The notes under the pieces: model-generated
What the model was told of the DNA's origin: nothing
The model's database searches: none
What the model saw: the letters and a program-made list of their open reading frames with translations, nothing else
NCBI GenBank assembly: GCA_013416795.1
Contig: RQSC01000030.1
Location: 133,760 to 197,759 of the forward strand
Origin: Prasinococcaceae sp. CCMP 1430
Lineage: Eukaryota; Plantae; Prasinodermophyta
Reading direction: 5' to 3'
Length of the DNA: 64,000 nt
Shown here: in pieces, positions 19,301 through 31,300 of the stretch
Layout: every line of letters begins with the position of its first letter
Numbering within the stretch: the stretch's first letter is position 1
Translations under genes and position numbers: made by a program

Positions 19301-22300
19301 AGGCCCGGCTGGGCGTTGAGCAAGGCGTGTAGGATGCCACGCGCGCCGCCGCCGAAGAGCGTCCTCACGTCACCAGCGTCAGCATCATCGATGCCGCGCG
19401 AGTCGGCTGCGTGGCGCCGCCAGATTTGCTCGTACACCTGGGCGACGGGCAGGTCAAGCGCAATGATACGACCGGCTACCAGCAGCTCCATGGACAAGTC
19501 GTCATCCAAGAGGCCGAGCATGTCCAAAGAGCGGCAGATGTAGTTCTTGACGTCGCGCATGAGTACGAGGGAGTTCTCCTTGCATGAGTGCGGCGCTCGC
19601 CCCATCCCTCCGCGGATGAACTCCTCCTGCGTGGGTGACTTGGAAAGGATGAGCAAATAATCGGGCTCCTCCTTCGGCGGGGTGATGATGAGCGACAGCA
19701 GTTCGAGTAGGATGACGCTCTGGCGCAGCGTCGCAGGCACGTGTCCACTTGCCCCGAGGGAGGACAGCTTGAGGGCGATATGGCGGACGGTGGCGGACTG
19801 GCATTCGGCACCGTCTGCAGCGATGGCAGACAGAAAGCCCTGGACCGCGTCCGCACACTCTCGCGACTCCGTGCATGCTGTCGTCAAGAGGCTCTGCAAA
19901 TCCCCCACGACGCTGATCATACTTGTGAGGGGAGCACCTGCCGCCACAGCACGCGCCCGGGCAGGGCGAAGCGACACCATTCGACCCAGCAGCTTGGTCA
20001 ACTGACCGAGGGAGACAAGAGCTGGAGCATCGCCCTCCCGGCCTTCATTCTCTGCTGCAACCATGCCGGCGGCTTGGCGAGCGAGCAGAGCAGCAATCTT
20101 GGCCACACCACCACGTGCGGCCAAGAAGAGCGCGGCATCGTCCTCATTGATTAGATCAAGGATCATGCCATAAAGCGTGCAGCCGTACTCACCGGCCTCG
20201 ATGGCCGCGTCGAGCATGCCCACGAGCTTAGCCAAAAGCTCGAGCTTGGCGTGCGCGGACGCGGACGCGACTGTGCCCATCAGACTGGCAGCCTCGTCGC
20301 GCAGGGGCGCGCAAGAGCTCAGCAGCAGAGGCGCGACCCATCCACCCGCGTCATGAGCGAGGCCGTGCTCGGCGGGGTTGGGAGCCTGGCCGCTCCAACC
20401 TTCACCAGCGGGGCCGATTCGTTGCTCGGCTGCTGCCCTTGCCTTCTTCTTCCAACGCAGCGCTACTTGTGCGGCGCTCAGCTCGGGGCGACTGACCGCC
20501 GCCTTGTGCTTGAGCAGTGCCTTCCGCCGGGTGTGAGCGCGCACTCCCTCGCGCTGGTCTCCGCCGACCCACGCACTAGCATCGACGAGAGCACTGGCGA
20601 CTCCTTCACCCTCCGTCCATGGCTCTGCGTTCTCTGACGCCCCACCACGCGCGGGGACAGCGGCCTTGGCGAGGATACGCACGCACGGCCGTAGAACGTG
20701 CCGTGCTACTGCGGGATCGTCGGCGCCGGTCGACAGCCCCGCCAAGAGAAGCTCGACAGCAAGCCTCAGGCGTGACTCCCACTCAGTGACGCTTAGGTCT
20801 GATACATCCTGCTGAGCCATCTGTTGCAGCAACGCCAACTCTTCACTGATCACCGCGCCCATATCGACGGACGCGTGGCTTGCCAGGGCTGCGCGCACAC
20901 GCTCGCGGACTAGGCAGCAAATGGATCTCGAGGCGTCAGGAGAAACCGACGCCAGCCGTGCGAGGTACGTGCGAGCCACCTCGCGGCTGCGAGGCTCAAA
21001 TGCTGGCACTAGAGTGCCGAGCAGCATTGCAACATCGCTGGCGCGGTCGTCCGCCCCGAGCAGACGAGGCCATGTGCCCGAGGGCGCGCCTGCAAGCGCC
21101 GACAGAACTTGCACCACATCAGCAGCGTGTGCTACGGCGCACCCGTAGCAGCGCGCTGACCCGCTGCGGGGCTGCAACGTCTGCGCACTCAGCAAGCGCC
21201 GCCACGAGTTGCGACCGTCACAATCCTCGCCGCTCATGTCCAGGCGAGCCCCGAGAGCCGCCCTCGCAGCGCGCACATGCGTCTGCACGCGAGCCAACGA
21301 ATCGGACGCTTTTCGGAGCTTGCTGCAGTAGAGCTGCGACACGCTCACCACTGAAGGGCGTATTGGGACATAGGCGCGCACCTTGTCGCACACCTCCAAA
21401 CCGGAAGCTGAGGCACCAGCGTCGATACGCGCGTTGCCTTCGAGCGCGTCAAGCAGCGAGCGCTGATGTCCCTCCAGCAATCGAGCCTGCTGCTTGACCT
21501 CAGGCGCGAAAGTCTCCAGAGCGGCCAGCGCCAGTCGCGAGCTCTCGTCGTCGGTGACGGGCTCGCACGGGGAGCGCACGCCCTCAACGACCTGCAGCGT
21601 CGCTTCCAGACGGCCGTACTTACTGTAGCCACACTCGTTGCACATGAAGCCATCGAGATCGTCGTAGTTGATGTTGCGGCAATTTCTGCACTGGTAGGCG
21701 TTCTCGCGGCAGTAGTCACACACGCCGTGCTTGTCGACCACGATCTGGCTGCATCGAGGGCAGATCATCGCGTCGTTCGACGACGCGCCGGGGTGGAATC
21801 CGTCGATTTCTAGCATCACAGCACTTGCTGCCGCAGGAAGTTTCAGCACACAGGTTTCGCTCGCTTGCGCGTCAATTGGCAGTGACACGGCCGCAACTCG
21901 ATGCCAAGCACCAGCGTCTGATCTCAGCTCGTTCAATCCAACGCCCGGCCTGCAGGAGCAGTACACACTCACCGAGCGCACACGCCTGTGGCCGTACGAT
22001 GCATGGCCGGCGCCCATTCTGCCCTGCGCCTCCATTTCGTTCGCCAAGGCAGCAGCTCGCCTGCCCGGAGCGCGCGCATCTCTCACAGCAATCGACACGG
22101 AGCACAGGGTGTGAAGCTTCGGCAAGAGGCCGAGGAGCCCGCGGCTGGTAAAGCGCACGCTCTGCGGCCAGCTTGAGTCGAGCACCATGCTGGTCAGCTG
22201 CAGAGCGGACCCGCCTAGCACAGGGACTTCATCCTCGCGCGAGCTGGCTGAAGAGGCACGATTGTGCGCCGGCACACGCTCACTGTCCGCGGCGCCCGCA

Positions 22301-25300
22301 GACGACGCAGGCGCTTCGCGGCACACCGGCATTGTCGGCAACGGTGCGGGCGAGCTGCACACCGTACATGGCGTCGCATCCAGGTAATATCCTGGCAAAT
22401 CAATGATCCTGCCGAGGGATGCATAGGTGCTCGCGTGGGGGTGTTCGCGTATCACGGCCCCGACCTGCCCGATAGAGTCCAGCAGCGCCCCCAGTGTCTC
22501 AACAGAGCCCTCGAAGTGACTCGCGGCAGCACCATCAGCAACGAGGATCTCGCCGACCCACGCCAAGAGCTCGCTCCCACGCTCCCCATACGCCGGGAGC
22601 AGCGCCACAATGTCCGGCAGGCGCGCCACCACGCCCGCTTCGTGCCCCGTGCCACCAAGCGCCCACGAGCGGCGCAAGACCGCACACGCTGCCTTGCGGC
22701 AGCTGAACGAAGCGCGCTCGAGGACGGCACCTCGAGCGAAGGTCACGAGTTCCTCGACCGAGATCACAGCGCCACCAGCGCTTGGATCGCGCAGGCCATT
22801 TTCCAGCTCATCCTTGCTCGATAGCGCGGCGGCCAGCAGCCCCAAGGCCAGCTCAGCAGCTGCGTCGCTCGTGACGCGATCGGACCACGCAATTGCTTTC
22901 AACATGTCCGTCGCCTCGGCAGAGTCCCCAGCGTCGCCGTTGTCTTCAAAACGCATCCCGACGCCAGGACCAGCCACCAGCTTGTTCCACGCCGCAGGGG
23001 AACAATTTGCAGCCCGCGTGAGCCCAGAGAGCGATTCGAGCAGTATGAGCTCGTCGCAATACGTCAGCGCTGCACCCGCGGCACTTGAGCTGGACAGCGC
23101 GCGCGCAGCGTCTCCGAGATGCTTGCGCATGGCCTCTGCTGCGACCGCGACTTCACTGGGAGCTCCTGGCATACCGCGCAGAAGGTACTCCAGGGCCGGC
23201 AGCGCAGACGTTGGCGCTTCCGCAGCCGCCGACAAAAACACCCCCCTCCATGCAGGGCGCAGCGGCGAAACCTCGAGAGCACCAGAGAAGGACGCCGCTA
23301 GGAGGAGCTTCGCCAGCGCATCCAGTGCACAGCAACTCGCCACCGCGCGGTCCGAATCATCACTGACCATCTGCCTATCCGCGCTTCCCATGAGTGCGTC
23401 CACTCTTGGCAGAGCTAAACACGGACGTTGCGGCGCTGGCACCGGCTGCACGCTCTGGTGCCGTCGCCTCTCGATCATCTCGACGTGCTTCTCGCAATCA
23501 GCCGCAACGTCGGCCTCAAGTGCTTGCATCAAAGCCGGGAGCACATCGAGGGCGCTCACAAGCCAATCGCTGGCATCTTGGGTGTCCAGTACAGGCGCCC
23601 AGTGTCTTTGAGTGCTGACGAGCGTTGCAATCTCTGAGATGGCTCCGTGATAAAGGCTTGAGCGAGCGAGCATCCCCGTCGTAGCGTTTGCCGCGAGAGG
23701 AGTCGCAAGCGCACCGATGTGGTCGACGAGACACCTGGCAGCCTGCTCAGAGCCAGCATGCGCGGCGTGCACCAGCCCGGCACCGATGGCCCTGCACAGT
23801 CCCAGCAGTTGAGGCGTCCCGTCACCGCTGTCTGGCACACTGTTCGTGCTCTCGGCTGATTCGAGGCGGCCCGCAAGCGCCACAGACACCGCAGACATCA
23901 CGGCAGTGCAACACGCCGTCGAGGTCTTGTCCAGTGCACGAGGCGACAAGCGCGGCCGTGCCCCAGAGAGGGCCCCAGATGGTGGCGTGCGCGGATCTCG
24001 CCGAGAACTCACCTCGGATCCGCCGGCGGTCGCTTCAGCGCGGCGCGCAGGAGCTGGTGCAGCCGCGTTCATGGCCACCATCGGATGCGCCGAGTTGTGA
24101 GTCTCAGCATCAAAGTCGGGTTCCTCCCAATTCTCGTCATCGATGGCCTCGCTAACCAGCGTGTCGCGCTGGCGAAGGTAGCATTGCTCGCACAAGTCAT
24201 AGTCCTGGCATATCAGGCAATGCCACCGTGTGCCAATGATAGGGATGTCCCCGCACACGTCGCATGCAAACTCAGTCGGCGCCGCCGCACGCGCTCGGAC
24301 CTGCTGCTGCGCCTGCGCTTCGCGCGTGCGGGATGCAGAGGCTCCCGGCGCGCCAGTGTCCCCTTGCTCGTCGCGAATCTGAACAGCTCGCAGCTGAGCC
24401 GTGAGTGCGCTCGGCGTCATTGGGTGGCCTCCCGCTTCCGGCTGACACGCCGCACCGAGCTCTCCTGCCCTCGCTCCAACAAGCACCGCCATCAACGCAG
24501 ACGACACTGCTTGTCGAGTAGCCCAGCACTCGACGCTGACACCCTTCATTGCAGCCAGGGACGCCGCTTGCTCAAGACAACTCGGATTCCCCGTCGCGCG
24601 TGCCGCCGCGTGCATAATGATGACGAGGTGCACCGCTGCAATGGCCGGCATCGCCGCGGGTGTGGTCCGCAGCCCCGGAATTTCGCGCATGAAGCGCGCA
24701 CAGATGCGCACAACGATGCGCATGGCCTTCTCCCAGTCTCGCACATAGCCCCTCTCTGCCGCGGCGGCTGCTAGCGCGATGTCTCGGAACGTCTGATACC
24801 AGCACGATGCGAGCATGACCCCAGGACGCGCAGGTGTCGCGTCGACGGCGCTTTGGAGGCGAGCAAGCACGTCGTCTGCACGACTGCTGCCAAAGCCAGT
24901 CACGATTTGAGGAGAGAAAGCATCTCGTGTTGCCTCATCAGCACGCTCGATGTCCTCCAAAGCGGCTGCGACGCCGCTCGCGATTGTCGAAATCCTCTCG
25001 AAACACCCGCGGCTGGGCTGGAGCGCGCGCTGCACCACAGCATGCACCGTCGAAAGGTCGCAGCTAGACGGCAGCACCTCGACCGCGGCGCCGATCAGGC
25101 CAATTATCCCGCACAATGCGGTTGCGCGCTGGGCGTCTGAAGGCGTGTCCCGATTGTCAAGGGTCGCCCCGACACATTCAGTCGCGCCAGAGGATGCTCC
25201 ATCAGCCACCATACCGGTGACGAAGGCAAGGACCTCTCTTTCCGAATCGCGCGGATTCACCTGCTGCACCTCCTTCGCTTCCTCATCTGCACGCGCGAGG

Positions 25301-28300
25301 AGCTGCTCCTTGCTCTGCGTGTAAATTTCGACGCCGCTGAGCCGTGGCGTGCTTCGTTCGGACGCACATGTTCCCACATATATCGCGAGTCGATTCTGAG
25401 TGCTCAGGCTCTCCACCGCGCTGAAAGGCACGTCATACCATCGGCTGAACTCCGAAGTGATCGGAAGAACGACCGGCCCGACGCGGACCTCAGTCGGGGT
25501 GTGCGACGAGCCACGAGCCCCAACGTGCACTCGTGCGCCGGCAATGGCGCGGCCACTTGCACCCACATACTCGGCGGATATGGTGAAGCCTCCAGGCGGT
25601 CCCTCAACAAAACCGCTCTCTGAGGCCAGGGACTGCGCCACTGCGTCGGAGTCCCCCGCAATGTCGCTCGGCCGCAGCTGATTGCCGGTGATTGTCGTCT
25701 CCGCTGTGCTGCACTCGCAGCTCTCAAAAAAGTCGAAAGCAAAACTTGGGCGCTCGCCATGATGTCGGCGGCCATTGGTGCTAGCATCACTCGACGCAGG
25801 CACACCGCCACCTGACGCGACAGAGTCCTCGTCACGTGGCTCGCTCCGCACTCCCGGTAGCAGAAGTGCGTCCCACGGTGGCGCCGCGTGGGTAATACTG
25901 TGAAACGCGACGGACCTTCCGTCGGCGGCACGAGCAAGCAGCAGCGGCACACGCCGACTTTCGCTCGTGGACGACCGTGCGGAGGATTTCTCCGCGGCCA
26001 TCAGCACGCCCACAGCGCCCCCGCTCTCCTCCGAGGCTTGACATATCGGCGCCTTAGCAACAACGTAGTGGCGCCTTGGAATATCCACGACGACAATCTC
26101 GCGCGTCGACCGTCCGGCCATCACGACGAGCCCAGCGGTGGCAGCACCGTCCTCGATAAAGACGCACTCTGGGCGACCCTCGCGCCTCGCAGCCAGTGAT
26201 GGGGCGCGCGCGAGCCGCGCGCATGCCGCAGGGAACATCACAGGCCGACCAACAAGTGTGCGCAGGTCGGGCGCAGCTACACACAACAAAGGGACCATGC
26301 CGTCCCAGGCCACAACAACAGCGTGCAGGTGCTCGCTCCAGTGAAGGGCAGCCCCGGGTGGTGCAGCAGGCGAGTCTGGCGACGGAAAGCCCTCCGCAAA
26401 GAGCGTCGCGTCAAATGTGCACACCCTGACCGCTCCGCGATCCTCAGCGTCGCCACTGGCACCCGCGTCGCGCGCAGCGGCTGAGACGACTTTCCCCGAC
26501 GCAGTCAGAGCGAGCACGACGAGCGTTCCCTCCGAGTCTCGAGCAGTGCAGGCATCAACGAGCGCATCGTTAGGGGGCGCGGACACCACTGCAACAACTG
26601 GCAACCCATCGGCCGCGGTATCGATGATTTCAACCCCAGCCCCAACTGCTACCATCAGCCACGGCGCTCTGCCAGACGCCCACTCCAGTCCGACAATCTC
26701 AGCACCAAGAACAGACACGTCCACGCGCGACGCCGACGCCGATGCCCGGTCACGGCCGTCCCCGCCGGCGTCTGCGGCCATCAAACGCACGCCAACAGGG
26801 ATGTCCACCTTGCATTGCACAGCCCGGGCCTTCAGATCTGCAACAAATGCGCTGCACGCACCCCTGGCGCCCGCAGTCGCCACGTACCCCTCGTAACCAG
26901 CCTGAGTGCACACAGCCACACGCTTGGCGGCATGGCCAAGTTGCACCTGCACGGTCGGCGAAGGCAGGGTGTCCGTCGTCGCAGATCGACTTGCGATTGC
27001 TATGGTGCTCGCATCCCACACACACGCCACCTCTCCCTCTGCGGTGACTGCAATACCGCGACTGCCGCTGCTGCATGCGAGAGCGACGGCCGGCTCATCG
27101 CGCCCGATCGACGTTGCGCGGCCCCGCTGCATCCTCACAGGCTGAGCGCTCGCAGAGAGTTGGGGCAGCTTCTGCGAGCCTTTGGCTACCAGCAGGTCGT
27201 GCTCTGTCCACTCTACGTCCGCTGATGGCAGCGACGCGATACTGGCCAGCCATCCAGGGCTCGCGCTCGATTTCGGAAGCAGCTCTTCCACAGCGGACGT
27301 GAGCTCAGGCAGCACCCGGGCTGCCATTGTAGTGTGCAGCGCCCGCACTGCCGCAGTGGGTAGTCTCGCAGCAGGAGTGTCCGTATTGCAGCGCAAAGGG
27401 TCCTGCGCTTGGCTGTAGGTGGCAGTACCTAGTCCCTGCCACGTCCGGGCAGATGCGGCGGAGGCGAGCTTGGCAATCGAGTCCGCAAACTCCGGGGCAC
27501 CGAGCCACGGGTCAGCCTCAACTAGGCTCACTGCGGACGATGGCACAGCAGGAAGCGTGTGCCCCGCCGTGTTCGAAGGCGCCGACACGGCCGTCTTTGG
27601 CAGCGGCCGGCGTCGCGTAAAAGCCCTCAGAGGACCCCCCTCGCCGCCCCCCGGAGACTGCGACACACAGCGACATCGAGGCAGATTTGAGCTGCCCGCA
27701 CCGCAATCGCAGAAGAAGCGGCTCTTGCGGCTGTACACGACATCATGGCCAGCATGGCAGTGCCTTGCGCAGGCACTGCACATGCCCTTTGAGCTGGTCA
27801 GGTTGCACGTGTAGCAGAAATACCAGTGCTGTTCCATGAAGTGACTGCCGCTCACGCTATACGTGCACTGCGCATCAGTGTCCTCTTGGTCGTCGCGCCG
27901 CGCGCCTGTCTTCGCGGATCTCACGCCCATGCGGTCGAACACTGCCCGCGCAGCATCGTCCGCACCAGGCTTTGCCTGCTTGCTCGCCACAACCGGCGCA
28001 CCCTTGACCCTCGCTGTGGCCGATGCTCGGCCAGAAGGCCTAGCAGCCCTGCCAGTGCTGCGTGATTCAGCCCGATCACGTGGCGAGCAGGCTCTCACGC
28101 ACTCAGCGACAGCATGCAGTGCGAGAGACACAGCTGAGTAGTCCTCGCGGGAGACAGCGGCCTCGAGCTTTGAAGCAATGGCCCCAACTGTCCTTGCAAT
28201 GGCATCCTCATCCAGAAGGCCTGCGACGACGAGCGCGAGCTGCGTCGCCAAGCGCACACGCGTCGGGGCGTCGTTCGTCGAGATAGCGTACGCGCAATAC

Positions 28301-31300
28301 GAGACTAGAGCCACGAGCACACCCTCAGCGCCCTCGCGAGTGTCATCATCCGGCGGCGGCACTTCCGCACCGTCTCCGCCACCCACTTCTCTGTAGCACG
28401 CGTCAATGGCCGCCAATGCATCTGCTCGGATAGCCGCAGGGGGTTGCGACGCGTAGGCGACAGGATCCGACGCCGGCAGAGCGCCGTCGGCTTCACTCGC
28501 TTTCGTACTCAGCCGGTGCAGCAGTGCAATCTTTTCCCGCGGGATCAAGACCGAAGACAGCAGAATCGCTGTCCTTTTCCCTCCAATGCGCGAAAAAACA
28601 CGTCTGACTTCCCCGCGCATCTCCGAGCAGCCGCGCGCAAGTGCTGCAATCATGCTCAGCACCGCGCGCGTTTGCGCGGTTGTTGCAAAGCACGGGCTCT
28701 CGAGTGAACCAATTAGACGAAGCAGACAGTCGCCCGACAGTATCTTCCAAGCATGTTCCATCGAGGCCGCCCGATCCATTGCATGCAAGCGCTTCAGGCT
28801 CGCGCACAACTGCGTGAGCAGGGTCTCGCGCACCGCGCGCTGGACCTTGGCAGGTTCCACCTGGTCAGTGCCAGGCATTGCGACAAAGCGGACCGCAAGA
28901 TCGCGGGTCTTCCGCGCCGTGATCTCATGTTCCCGGTGCGCATACCCCCGCAGCTCCGCTCCAGGGGTCAACATGCCGAGTGCAGCAAGTGCGGCCTCGT
29001 GCCCCCAGGAGGTAGACGAGCTCACACACACTCGCAAGAGCTGCTCACGGAGAGCATCGCTTCGAATCACCGAACCACTGGCGAGCTGCCTCCATTCGCA
29101 GACTGCCCTGGCAATCGAGCATAACCCCGAAACGGCCAGTGCGCACATCGTCTCAGGAGCGGGTTCGTGCCCAAGCTGCTCGCTCACGACGGTTGACAGC
29201 ACCTCTTCCATGCATATGCAGCCCTCTCCAGGCTGCGGTGCAATCGCGACAAACGTAAAAAAGAGGGCGTCAACCCAGGGCGGTCGCTCAGTGCTAAGCA
29301 GCGGGGGGCGCTCCCCATCGCTGAGACATCGAGCGTCCCCCAGAGCTAGGGCAATCGCCTCCATCGGAGCACTGCTGGCGATCAAACTCCCAAGTGGCAC
29401 TTCATCCTCGGGACGCCCGCCGCACCAGGATACGGCGCACGCGCCAAGTGCACGCCCAAGAGCGTTCAGAGCGGACTCCAGGGCCGACGCCACTGCGACC
29501 ATGGCCTCAGAGACGTCTGCATCGGTGGGCTCTGTTGCATTGCCATCTCCACCAATCTCGCCCAATATCTCGCACACATGGGCGATAGTGAGCCCCAGCA
29601 TCCCGGCATGCACCGCCCCGAGCGATAAAGCCACACGGTTGATCGCAACGCCCCCTGCGGCTTGGTGTGCAACGATGCCAACGAGAGCTGGCAGCGCCTT
29701 GCATGCACCGAGCACAGTCTCGTGGCCCGTATTTGTTGTAGTGCATGCTCCTTCGTACTGTTTGACGCGCAGGAGCGCCAGAGCAAGCGCGTGTACCTCG
29801 CGGGAGCGCTCGGCCACGGTGTGGGCCTCGGCAAGGGCCAGTCGCCGCTCCCCGACGAGTCGGCAAAGGTCGTCGCCGCTTTCGTCATCGCACCGACCCT
29901 GCGGGTGAATTGCAGCTGCGCATGTCAGACAAATTCGCGCCGAATGGTCGAGCAGATCCACCACGCAGCTGTTGCCAGCAGCGGCGTGCACTCCACAGAA
30001 CGCAGCATCGATGGTTGAGGCGAGCGCGGCAAAACACCCCCGGGCTTCCCGATCGCCTCCTCTTGACAAGGTCGCACTGGAAGCTGGCGCTTGTAGCTTG
30101 AGGCACCACGGCCTTGGCTGCGTGGGCCCGCGAACATGCACATCAGCGCCCGTGCTCATCAGAGTCGCTGCTCGTGCGACGAGCCATGCTGGCGGCTCCT
30201 CAAAGTGCATGTACATGTGCATGTGGGTGATCAGCTGCACGAATGCGGTGACCCTCAGCGCGCGCGAGGGCGCCGCCCTTTGTTTCGCGAACACGTCCTC
30301 CCCGTCGATGGTGCGCTCGAGCGAAGACACGCGCTCCATCATTGCGCTTGCAACTCGCTCTTTGTCATCGGCCGACGCAGCATGCCATGCAATGAGTAGG
30401 GCCTCGGCCATGGTCTGGGACGGCACGCACGTCGCGTCGTCGCGCGAACCGTCGAGAGCAACGGCCAGACTTGAAGCACGCACGAGGGCGCGTAGCACCC
30501 CTGCGGACGCCTCAGTGCCGGCTTCTGCAACGGCCCACACCACCAATGCGGCGAGCCAGTCAGTCTGGTCAGTTCCATGTGCCCAAGTCGTGACGATGCC
30601 TTCGAGAAGAGCGTCCAGTGCGCCTGCGGCGCGCGACGCCGAGCACAACAGGCCGTCTGCGAGGCGTCGCAGCGCCGACGCGCCTGCGATGTCCAGCCGC
30701 CGCAGCACCGGCACCATCACCTTCATGCCCTCTGCTACACGCGGCACCCGCCCCGCGCACTCAGCGAGCGCCGTCAGGGCCATCGTCGCCGCAGTCGCCA
30801 CCTTGGTGTCGAGCTCTTCATTGCTGGAATCCCCAAGGGCATTGCACAGTGCGCGCGCAATGGATGTGGCAAGGGCGTCGAGAGGTGCGATTGCCCGCAG
30901 CGCATGCGCCGCGTCCCGCATGGCCTCCCTGGCCCGGTCCCCGTCGGTGGTAGGAGCCGCAATGACGCCCTCGGGCCACGGCATGGACGCGCCGCCCACT
31001 TCGTCGCCGGTGGTTGCACTGCCATCGCGGTCCCTGTACAACAGCAGCGTGACTTGCTCGAGTGCGAGGGCTACTGCGGGCAAGTGATGCCGAGCAAGGC
31101 CAGGCTGCCCATCTCTTGCCGCGCGCAGCACCGGCGCAGCTGCCAATGCCCGGCACGCGCTGCCCATGCGCTCGCACGCTCCTCCTCTGCGCTCGAGCCA
31201 ACTTGCCGTAGCCACGGCTAGCGGCTCGCAGAGGCCGTCCGCAGCGAGGCGGCCACTCGACACCACTCCAGTGCACTCACCGCGCAGCTCAGCCTCGACG

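Noticed and set aside
28586-29908. Long antisense ORFs over BIG and other genes (e.g. 17216-18796, 28586-29908, 8490-9338, 3140-5305)
   Set aside because: Shadow ORFs expected in very GC-rich DNA; no motifs, and the opposite strand carries a clear gene.
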